Positions 12,940-24,987 of a stretch of 64,000 bases of DNA are shown here, in pieces. The notes beneath the pieces were generated by a model. It was not told where the DNA came from. It saw only the letters and a list, made by a program, of their open reading frames with translations, and searched no databases. Origin of the DNA: Strigamia acuminata (taxonomy: Eukaryota); the NCBI GenBank assembly GCA_949358305.1, contig OX442314.1, forward strand, positions 21,266,001 through 21,330,000, read 5' to 3'. Each line of letters opens with the position of its first letter. The stretch's first letter is position 1. A program made the translations under genes and the position numbers.

Positions 12940-14791
12940 TTAGTGTAGAATGACGTCTTCCGGTCCACTGGTTACTTCAGTCGGTGGTGAAATCCTTTCT
13001 ACAATAAGGGAAAGACAGTCCAAACTGGACGTTGTGCTTATTGCTGTGTCTGCAAATCCTTTAAAAGAAAGAAAAAATAAATAAATAAATGTTACATTTT
13101 CTTCTTCTTTTGTCGCTGTGTTTTATTTAACTGAAAATTGATGTGCTACCTTGAGACAGCGGTGAAAAGTGGCACTCGTGGAGCACTGTGTGTTGCAGTC
13201 TTGAGTTTGCCACGCTCGCAGTTGTCTGAAATGAAAATACTGTCAAGCGCTTTTGAAGAAGAAGAAAAAAAATGTAATAATAAAATTTGCACTTGTAAAT
13301 GGGATTTTTTTTTTCAAAGAAGAAGAAGAAGAAAAAAGAAATTGAAATGATCTGGTTAATCGAAAACAGCGGGATTTGTAGCAACTCGGGGAATTTATCT
13401 TCATCAACTGGTGAAAATCTATGAAAACCTGGCATGACTTTATCACGAATCGAGCTCTTCTCGAATCTCGTTACGGTGGCATCGCGAGATCGCGACAGTT
13501 TAATGCTGAACTGACACTGCGATAACTCGTCCTTAGATCTGAAAACTAAGGCTTTAATCTAAGATTGAAGTTTTTAAATTCAAGTAATTTGATATAGTTA
13601 TGCATAATGCTTGGCAATAGTGAACGATGGGGACAATATCTATGTAAATTTTCAGTATAATGACATTCCAATGTATAAACTCGGGCATCTGCGTGAGTTT
13701 AGAAACACAAAAATCTCATTTAGATATAAATGATCGCATGCATCGCAGTTGTTGGGATTACATGTATATATGCAATATAATCTGTTTTCAACAACAAACA
13801 GCCATTCTACACTTGTATCAGTATCACAATAAATTAATTAGCAATAAAAAATGTAAAAACTATTGGCTTTTTAATGAAATTTGTCATTCTCTAGCGAAAT
13901 TCGATGGTAAAAATAACATTATTGCAATATTCCAATCAATACTTGATCCAACGAGTAATCTTCACTCGTACAAATGAATTACGCTCATTTAGCTTAACTT
14001 TTACTAAACGGAGATTTAGATCACGTAGAAAACGAGGCTTCCTATTCCTAAATTTAGCACGAAGAAATGTTTTGGAAACGCAGTGCTGCCAATTGAATTT
14101 CTCTCGCACAGTAAATCACGTGGTGAAAATAAACAATCCGTACACAATATCTTTTTTTCTTATACCGTATATATATATTGTACAATAAAGTTTGCTGAAT
14201 GGAAAATCCATGCTTACCCGCTTATCTACAAAGCGTCACATGTGATCTAATAAATACTACCACCGACGATGATCGCAAGATATCGAAAAGTCGTTTGTTT
14301 TGTTTTGTTTTTGTTAGATTTTAGTGCCGTTAATAGAGAGTTTGCGGACATGCCTTTTTCCTTATAAAAATCGCATTGAAATAGATGCTTAGTGTATGTG
14401 CACTTACATTTAATCCGCAGTCGGAAGCACATCCTCGACTACCGTGCAACAACTCTTCAAGATTTTCGATGTACTCAATTGCACTTCGGAGGATCTCCAC
14501 TTTAGCCATCCTCTGGTTAGGATTTGAGCACGTCCTTCGTTTTAGCAGTTCGAAAGCTTCATTGACCTTCTTGAGTCGTCGTCTCTCTCTCAAGGTAGCA
14601 GCTTTTCGTCTATCAAACGACCCGCCGGACCTTTTCTTGCAGGCCTTACATGCCCATAAGAGACACGTGGGAGGCGAGAGCACGTGTGGGACATGGTCCG
14701 TGGTCAACTCGTCGGCAAAGTCATCTTCGTCGTCTTCGTAGATATCCGATGAGCTGCTAACTTGGTTGTCGAATCTGCAGCTGTTCCGCAT
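12940..14791 (-). CDS. MyoD: Myogenic bHLH factor MyoD/nautilus
   Basis: Exons 14791-14408, 13225-13150, 13058-12940. It has the His/Cys region [16 protein letters not shown], the basic-[57 protein letters not shown], and the helix III motif [14 protein letters not shown] in the last exon. The middle exon is supported by splice sites and phase only. Confidence 0.95.
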
Positions 14792-15234
14792 CTTGTACAG
14801 TCTGCAGTGGAGTCTGGATTTTGGCTGAAGGCATCATGTGACTGCAGGCACCGCCCAGAGACAGGGCAGCCACTGATGGGGATTCAGGGTGGGAACCTTC
14901 GATGGTACTTTTTATGGGACACACCCATAGTGAAGTTTCACCTTTTCCGATTGGGATGAGTGTGTGGTGTTGGGGTTTGTCACCAGGCGGTAGCAGAAAC
15001 CGAATCGAATAAAATACACCAAAATATACTTTAAAAACAAGTTTTTTGTTTTTTTGTTTTTTTGTTTTTTTTTTTAATGAGAGGACAATTAAAGGCAAAA
15101 ATAAAGATGTCCTTATTTAGACATTGGGGTAAGTTTCTAGAATCAAGTTGGGTTTTTAAAAAATTTAAATACAACAAATGAAATTTAAGATTTCCAAACA
15201 TTAACTATTTCTATTTTTCTGTGAAACTTTGAAA

Positions 15235-15422
15235 TAGCGGTGTCCAACACATTTTATTTTAGGTTCTAGTGTTTGTTCTTTTGGACAGGAAACAGCATTA
15301 TAATAACAACAATTTTTTTTATGAAAATGAAGAAATTTTTTTTAAACGTGAAATTATTTTTCAGGAATTGATAAAATTAAATTGTTATTCATTATGTGGC
15401 CCCAAAAGGTTGGACACCCCTG
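15235..15422. mobile_element. Short hAT-like MITE upstream of MyoD
   Basis: Ends TAGCGGTGTCCAAC / GTTGGACACCCCTG with subterminal ATGTGGCCC, the same termini as the element at 50980-51775. The TSD is poorly preserved. Confidence 0.65.
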
Positions 15423-15529
15423 CTTTAAATCATGTGCGTGCAAATTAATATTTACCGTTTTTAGTTATTATCGGAATAAAATTGATAAATTAAGTTGAAA
15501 TATAATGCATGTTACACGACTGTTTGATC

Positions 15530-15649
15530 GAGAACTGCCATACCATGCTGAAAACACCGGTTCTCGTCCGATCCCCGAAGTTAAGCAGCATCGGGCCTGG
15601 TTAGTACTTGGATGGGTGACCGCCTGGGAATCCCAGGTGCTGTTCTCGG
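15530..15649 (+). rRNA. 5S rRNA: 5S rRNA gene, solitary copy
   Basis: Canonical core CCATACCATGCTGAAAACACCGGTTCTCGTCCGATC..GAAGTTAAGCAGCATCGGGCCTGGTTAGTACTTGGATGGGTGACCGCCTGGGAA. There is a T8 Pol III terminator at 15653-15660 and TATAAT at about -29 (15501-15506). Confidence 0.96.
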
Positions 15650-15994
15650 CTATTTTTTTTATGTTTCAGTTATATTTTTTAAAACACGATGATAAAGATG
15701 AGGTTGAAATGTCCTGCAAGTGGACTTATGGGCTGTGGGACCATTTATTTCGAACGACCCTTTTTAGACCCTATTTGAATAAAAATTTCCAAACAAAAAT
15801 TCGGGGGCCCCGAAAGTATAAATCTACATTTGCGCCTCTCCTTCGTTTTTAGCCAAGAATTTGTATTTTTTCATTCATTAATAATGCAAATTCAAGCAAC
15901 CAATGAACCAAACAGTCATACAAATTCTATTTTCTAACCGAAAAACAAAACTAAGCCTATTTAAAAGTTTATTTTTGTAAATTTAAACAGTCCG

Positions 15995-16092
15995 CTCGTT
16001 TATATTTTTTAAACCAATCTAAATGTAAAATTTTACAAGTTAAATTTTACATTTAGACTGGTTTAAAAAAATATAACCAAGTTTTAATGACT
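15995..16092. mobile_element. Palindromic AT-rich MITE, copy 1
   Basis: Foldback GTTTATATTTTTTAAACCAATCTAAATGTAAAATT / AATTTTACATTTAGACTGGTTTAAAAAAATATAAC. An inverted copy lies at ~60152-60260. Confidence 0.75.
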
Positions 16093-16398
16093 TAAATGCC
16101 TTGTGAGTGTCAATCTTTAGTTGAAATGCATTTCTTTTATCTATTGTCTTCTTATTGTGTCACAAAATTGGAATTTTCACCTGGGGCCAACGTTTGAATC
16201 TAGTTTTCTCATAAATAAAAAAACAACATTCTTTTTTAATGTTCAAGAGTAAAAGAAACACCGTGACAATGACCTCTTCACTTTCACCTTGACTATTCAT
16301 CAGTGAACACCGGTAACTCCGGTTACTCACTTAAAAGGGCTGTTTCCATTCTCTGCATAAACATGACTATTACAAAACGGATTCATTTCATATCAGCC

Positions 16399-17814
16399 AT
16401 GGATTTGGCTTTTCTATTACTCCTCTTGGTCTTTCCTTTGGTAAGTGGACACGGCAAAATACTCATGCCTCCTGGACGAGGAAGTTTATGGAGATTCGGA
16501 CATCCAACGCCAGTCAATTGGGATGATGATGGAAATTTTTGCGGTGGATATTCAGTAAGTCGAACAAAAATTCAATTTTAATTATTTAAGTTGGATCGAA
16601 TGAGTTTTTATGGCTTAACAGAAAGATACCTGTAATTGTGGGTTAATTTTTGTGTGTTTTTGCTATAAAACTAAAATTGTGGAAAGTTATTTGTAATTTA
16701 ATCAACAATGTTTGGCAAAAATTCGCACAAAAAAAATTTTTTTATTCCGAAAAATTCAATTTTTTTTTGCTTTTCTAACTTTTTCTTCTTTGGGACAAAA
16801 GAATATCGCCTGAAAAGAAGAAAACAAGGCGCCTTTAAATTATAGATCTGTCAGAAGAAAATGAAAGTCAGTCAATGACCTTTCTTTAAAGATGAACCAG
16901 AGTTGTCCTTGAATTGATGCTGAATTGCTGATACGAAGAAAAAATTCACTTATTTTATTTTATTATTTTGTTTCATAAACATTTACTAACTCGATTTTCT
17001 TTTTGTTGCTTTTTTCAAGGCTTTATGGCTCCTAAACGAAGGCAAATGTGGAATTTGTGGCGACGCATACAACGGACCGCGTGATCACGAAATCGGAGGA
17101 AAATTCTACAGCGGTGTTATTGGCGCCACCTATCAACAAGGACAGAAAATAGACATTTTGATTCAAATCACGGCCAATCACAGGGGATTTTTCCAGTTTA
17201 GTTTGTGTCCAAATGCCGATAACAAAACAGAAATTACCCAGGTCACTTGTTTTCAAAAAAAATAAAAATAACCCGTGTAGTTTATACTTTTATTTATTCG
17301 CAGGAATGTCTGGACTCGCACGTACTCGACGTGGAAGGACACGGCAAAAAATACGACATTTCAAGCGCTGACCAGTCGCTAGAAGTGGAACTCAAAGTGA
17401 ATCTGCCGCAAGATGTCAAGTGCGACCATTGTGTTTTACAGTGGCACTGGAGAACAAGTAAAGTGAAAAATTGAAATTCGATGGTTGAAATTGAATTTGT
17501 GTGTGATTTTTTTTGCAGGTAATTTCTGGGGAATGTGCGATAACGAGACGGGTGCGTTGGGTTGTGGGCCCCAAGAAGTGTACAGGAATTGTGCAGACAT
17601 TAGCATCAAACCAAAGACATATATGGATGAACCGTTTGACAATTCCTTAAACGACGCCATGCTGAATTATGTGAAGCAACCCTGGTTTGAAGCAATTCAG
17701 GCTTTCCGAAAACAGAATTATCGTTCACCTGCCGCCGAGCATAAATATCCTGTTACTTATTTGTATGGATATCCAGTTGGATTAAATTGGCAATTTCGAT
17801 CAATTTCGCCGTAA
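16399..17814 (+). CDS. Secreted lytic polysaccharide monooxygenase, AA15 type (chitin-binding type-4 domain)
   Basis: Exons 16399-16554, 17020-17241, 17304-17457, 17519-17814. The signal peptide MDLAFLLLLLVFPLVSG is followed by N-terminal His (HGKILMPPGRGSLWR). Further motifs are FCGG, GKCGICGD, TANHRG (second brace His), CDHCVLQWHW and GCGPQEVYRNCADI. Confidence 0.92.
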
Positions 17815-18005
17815 TTTTATTACGTTATTTATCAGTTTTTGATTATTTTTGTATTGCTATTGCTGTGTAAATGGGTTTCGAAATTTTGTCTGTATGGATT
17901 TTAATGGTTTGTAATAAATTGTTTAAAAATCGAAAAAAAGTGTAATTTGTTAAAAAAAGTTTTTAAAAAAAAAATTAACGTTTATGAAAGGGCAAAAAAT
18001 AAACA

Positions 18006-18078
18006 CATCCCTACCGGGATTCGAACCCGGGGCCTCTGGATTAGAAGTCCAGCGCGCTATCCACTGCGCTATAGGGAC
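18006..18078 (-). tRNA. tRNA-Arg-TCT: tRNA-Arg (anticodon TCT), intronless
   Basis: 73-nt cloverleaf GTCCCTA..TAGGGAT-G with A box TAGCGCAGTGG, anticodon arm CTGGA-CTTCTAA-TCCAG, T loop GGTTCGAATCC and a T-run downstream. Confidence 0.97.
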
Positions 18079-18242
18079 AACACAAGGATTCAAGTCACCA
18101 AAACCGCTTTTGTGTCTAATGCTTGTTAATCTAAATTGATTTACTTGTAAGAAAAATAAAAAATAAACATATTTGATTGCGACTCGCTTTGCATAATTCG
18201 CATTACACAATGAACTATTTACAATTTTTATTCTCAAAACCA

Positions 18243-18480
18243 ACGTGATATGACGTCATCTTTTCTCAGTTAGGAGAAAAATGTGAAATAAATATCGTAA
18301 ACAATGTACACGACTGACATGTAAATTTAAATTTACATCTCGTCAATTTACGTCGAATATGTAGTACTATAAATACCCAATTTTGAGCGATGATAAGCAG
18401 TTAACAGGCAGGAAGTCAATCGTGATTGATCAAACAATTGTTATCTCCCGACTCTAGAGACCAACTCTCCTATACCAGAG
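18243..18480 (+). promoter_or_regulatory. LDH promoter and probable non-coding first exon
   Basis: ACGTG at 18243-18247, TGACGTCA at 18251-18258, TATAAATA at 18368-18375 and an Inr-like CAGTT about 30 nt downstream. Donor GAG|GTATTC at 18480 and acceptor at 18541-18542 lie just before the ATG. Confidence 0.55.
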
Positions 18481-18552
18481 GTATTCGTGAATGAAATTAT
18501 GAATTAATAGTGTTTATGATTTTAAAAAAGAAATATTTGCAGTATTTCAAAC

Positions 18553-20349
<1,797 letters not shown>

Positions 20350-21341
20350 TCTAGATTTTTATAATGTGTAATTTGTTACATTGGATATTTTGTCAAATTG
20401 TTTAACAAATGTTTGAAATTGAGTTGTGATTTCGATTAAATGTTTAAAATGGTTAAAAGTTTTTTTTTTCTTTTTTCGAGTACATGCTTAAGTGTCGTCA
20501 TTCATTGTTAACATTTCTATTTGAATTCACAACAAAACGGCGCTAACGACATGGCCACAAAATTAAGCCTACCGTAGTAAAATTTATTGTGTAAACTATG
20601 AAGAAACAAAATTGGCAGCTTTAAAGGTAAATTTATTTGGTTAAGCTTCGTCCAGCGGATGATTGTACATGTTATGCAATTTCTTGCAACTGATAATTCA
20701 GTGGGTTAAATATTTTATCGTTGAGTCCTTGAAATTTAGCGCTCGATGTGTCAGGACTGAGATCACATGACCGGTGACGTAACGTAAAGCTAAATGAGCG
20801 AGGTGCACTGTAGCAGGTTATAGTAGAATATTTTCTTTGCGATTAAACCAACAACTCCCAATGTTCGATCCTTCGCTGATATTAAAAAGGAGGGAATAAG
20901 GGAAAACGCAAACCAATGCGATAAAACTTGGGCCATAATTAACAGTCGGGAAAAAATAAAAGAAATTCAAACCAAAGAATCCACAAAAACCAGGTAAATA
21001 TATTTTACTGCTTTGGTTTTGAGCAGTTTTGAAGATAATTTGCTCACTGTTAATTGTTTTTGCTGTTTAAAACGACCTTCAGTTAACCGAGGTCGTTTAT
21101 TTCAAAAATTAACAATTACATAAATCCCAGGATTCCGTATTTTTGGCTACAAATTTATTTTGGTGGTTACAAATTACCTAAAAAGATTACTTTGTTGTTT
21201 TTATTGTTCTTATTTAATAACTGGATTGATTACATTAATATTAACTGAATTATTAATTGATTATGTTTGCTTGAATTGTTAATTAATTAATTAATTAATT
21301 AAAATTTTTTTTAATTAAATTTTTCAGATACTTAAAATTCA

Positions 21342-22981
21342 ATGGGGGAGAAAAAGGAATTTGCGTGAGTGAGAATTTTAACTGGACGTTTTTCTTCACT
21401 TTTAACTGTGTTTGTTTTTTAATTTGCAGTTTAGTACCTAAAATAATCAATGGAGGCATTGCAGGGATTATTGGAGTTTCGTGCGTGTTCCCCTTAGATT
21501 TAGTTAAAACTAGACTTCAAAATCAACAAGTAGGGCCAAATGGGGAGTTAATGTATAGGAATATGTAAGTAGAATTCGGTTGGCTCGTTTAAATCAAATT
21601 TTGCAAATTTTGATACATAAAATGTTTCTAGGTTCGATTGCTTCAAAAAAACATATACCGCGGAAGGATATTTTGGCATGTATCGAGGTAAACAATTCTT
21701 TAGTTATTTTTTTTAGTTAAAACTTAGAAAAATAAACAAAATAATTTATTTTAGTAAGAGAGTTTTGTTGTATTGTTATTCTCTCACGATTATTTGGAAT
21801 TAGTCCAAAACCCAGTCAATAATGACTAATGAATGTAGAAAAACAGATCAATTTTTGAACCCCAGGATGACATTTACTAGATTAATACCATTTGCAACAG
21901 TTGTTGTTTTTGTCAGATTATTTTTTATATACTTTCTAATTTTGTTTTTAGGATCGGCTGTAAACATCTTGCTCATTACTCCGGAGAAAGCTATCAAATT
22001 AGCAGCAAACGATTTTTTTCGCCATCATCTGACATCCAGCTCTGGGTATTCAAAAGAGAAATAGGTCACATCGATTCAAAAAAATTGATATAATGACAAA
22101 TATTTTCATTTCAGAAAGCTCTCACTTCCAATGGAAATGGTATCGGGGGGTGGAGCGGGTTTTTGTCAGATAATCGTGACCACTCCAATGGAACTACTCA
22201 AAATTCAGTTGCAGGATGCTGGGCGACTTGGTAAAATTTAAAAACAAAATAAAACAAATAAATAAACTAAAAAAATGAAAATTTATAATATGATTACATA
22301 ACTAGCTGCGAAAGGCAGTGGTCCAGGTCAAGCCGTTGTTGCAACATCAGCAACATCAATTGCATTAGGTTTGATAAGGAAGAAAGGTATAATGGGATTA
22401 TATAAAGGCACGGGGGCTACGATGTTACGCGACGTGTCTTTCTCAGTCATCTATTTCCCCTTATTTGCTAACCTAAATTCAAAGGTAAATATTGTAATTA
22501 ATTTTAACTGTAACTGAATTAATTATTTTATTTAGGGGCCACGCGCACCAGGAAGCGATCAGGCGGTGTTTTGGTATACTTTTGTAGCTGGTTGTGGAGC
22601 GGCTGCATTTGCGGCCGGGGCAGTAACACCGATGGATGGTAATAAAGAAAAATTAAAAAAAAACAAAAAAAAAAACTCTTATTAATCAAGTATTTTATAT
22701 TTTCTAGTCGTGAAAACACGTTTACAAGTTTTAAAACGTGCGCAAGGGGAAACTTCTTACACAGGAATATCAGATGCATTTATGTAAATAAGATTTTTAA
22801 TATATATTTTTAAAATTAAAATTTATATTTTTTTTAAAGGCGAATATACAAGGAAGAAGGATTCAAGGCTTTATTTAAAGGCGCCTCTTGTCGGATGATC
22901 GTGATGGCTCCATTGTTTGGAATAGCGCAGATGGTTTACTTTCTCGGGGTCGCCGAGAAGATTTTGGGCATTGAGAAATGA
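21342..22981 (+). CDS. SLC25A22: Mitochondrial glutamate carrier (SLC25A22/SLC25A18 family)
   Basis: Exons 21342-21364, 21430-21564, 21632-21687, 21952-22045, 22115-22230, 22306-22484, 22536-22638, 22708-22783, 22840-22981. It has three carrier signatures ([30 protein letters not shown]) and glutamate-carrier-type [32 protein letters not shown] and [18 protein letters not shown] non-coding exon donor lies at 20993. Confidence 0.94.
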
Positions 22982-23784
22982 ATGTGTTCAACATGTAATG
23001 TTCGGTACACCTCATTAATGTTTTTGTTTCCGTTATCTATATTGTTTTGGAAAGAATTTTTTTATTTATTTATAAATTTTAATTTTTCTTCCTGGAATAG
23101 ATGCATGCAGCTCTGGAATAATTGGCTGGTCCATTTAGAGCTTGACAGATTGAGTTGTTGTTTTGTTATTTTAAATTATTCGTAAAAATATATTAAATTA
23201 TTGTTAAAGTCTCTCTAAATTTGGTCATTTCCGAAATGTCTCTGAATCTCGTGTTGTTACCGAAAAGTTTTCAAAAAAAAATAAAAATGTATCGAAGGTT
23301 TATTGTGTCGACAACTTACTGGCATATACCGTGTGTTTTAAGTGCGTAAAATTTATGATGTATTGAATCAAGTAAAGAAATGTGAATAATAGAAACCGTG
23401 TTAGAAAAAGAAGAAAAATTGTAAGTAATTCACATTAATATCAGTATTATTGTATGACTGCATACAGTATATTAAATCTGGGTGCTTCCAACTGATGTTG
23501 AATGTTCCTGTCACAGCGTGGAATGTAGATAGATAGAAAATATTTAAAAATTTACAATTGTTTTCCCATGACTTTTGTCACCGTGTAGTAGACTGATAAT
23601 TAGTATGGATAGTTAATAAATTTTCCAAATTTCAACGTTATAATTAAACCGTTTTATTATTCTTGGTTATCAACTAATTCTACTCACGTTTATACATCAC
23701 ATAATGAATATTTACATCGTTATTCATGCCAAACTTTACATCTAGTTTATTATGATTATTTATTCTTTGTAATATTTGTACTAT

Positions 23785-24987
23785 TTAATCGGTAAATTTT
23801 CGATTGGGATTGCGCCCAAACAGGATGACGCGTACCTCAGGAATCATCTGCTGGGCTAACAAATCCAATCGGTTCTCTAAAGTATTGGACACTTTGATTC
23901 GTCCACGAAGAGCCGACATTTCAATCCCGCCGCAAGTTTCGTGCGCCAGACAGTTTTCCGTGTCGATTCTCACTTCGCAATCTTCATGAGTCGCTTCTTT
24001 GAATTTATCCTTGCAATCCGGAATGAGAGATTGCACCAAAGGAATGTCGACCTGTTTGCAGCGCAAACTTACGAGTTTTTCATTCAATTGATACATGGCC
24101 TACAATAAAACTTATATCAGCTTCAAGAATTACGATAATTTGTTGGAAATCCTCATCTTTACTTGCAAGATTAAGCCGTGCATCACACTCTTGTAACGGG
24201 CCGGGTCTTGGGCAGCTACTGCCAACTTCAACCGGGCCTCTTCCAAGACAGTCTAAAATATCACGTAAAAATGATGTTTAACGCCGGGTTTTTACCGATA
24301 AACCAAATTTTAATACTTTAATGTGATCTTCACGAGCTTTCAGTACTTTAAGCCGGGCTTGGTTCAACATGTTGGAGCTTTGACTAAAAAATAAACACTA
24401 AAATGATTAGAAATTCGGAAAATGTATCGAAATATATCAAACTGTACATTTTCTTCTGCAACTCCACTTGTTTTTCCTTTCTTTCGTAATATTCCATGAT
24501 CTTTAGTCGCTGCTGTTGAACTAATCTTCCTTTTTCGATGTTAAATTCCTCCTCTGCCTAGAATTTCAAATGTTATTAGTGGCGACTTGTTGAAACAAAT
24601 TGCTCAACTCGGTACCTTAGCATCAATTTCTTCCGACTTTTCATTAGCCTCCTGCTCAATGAATGCCATCATGTGCTTAATCTAAAAAAAGAAAACGTAA
24701 TAATTAATCACATTTTAATTTTATTTTATTTTTTGAAAAGTTATGAAGGTGATTATATCCGACCTAAACCAGTTGTAACTAGTACATAGCTTTTTATTTT
24801 AATACTGAAATGCATTCATTTCTCTCTCAACCTTTCATTTTATACTAAATTTATAAATACTCAAATTCTGTTTGCAAATATCGTAATGGGATTTCGCAAT
24901 TATGCTGATTAGGAAATACAAATTATTAACACTATGTATTCTTTCATTAATTACCTGTTTATGTACATCTGCGTCGCTTAATGCCAT
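23785..24987 (-). CDS. ATP6V1E: V-type proton ATPase subunit E
   Basis: Exons 24987-24955, 24681-24616, 24557-24448, 24383-24317, 24252-24163, 24099-23785. It starts [46 protein letters not shown] and ends [10 protein letters not shown]...[12 protein letters not shown]. Confidence 0.97.

Noticed and set aside
14385..14741. Antisense ORFs over MyoD, V-ATPase E, insc and Syt7 exons
   Set aside because: These are shadows of real coding exons on the opposite strand.
15505..15852. ORF over the 5S gene, and ORFs 17947-18243 over the tRNA
   Set aside because: These are incidental frames across RNA genes.
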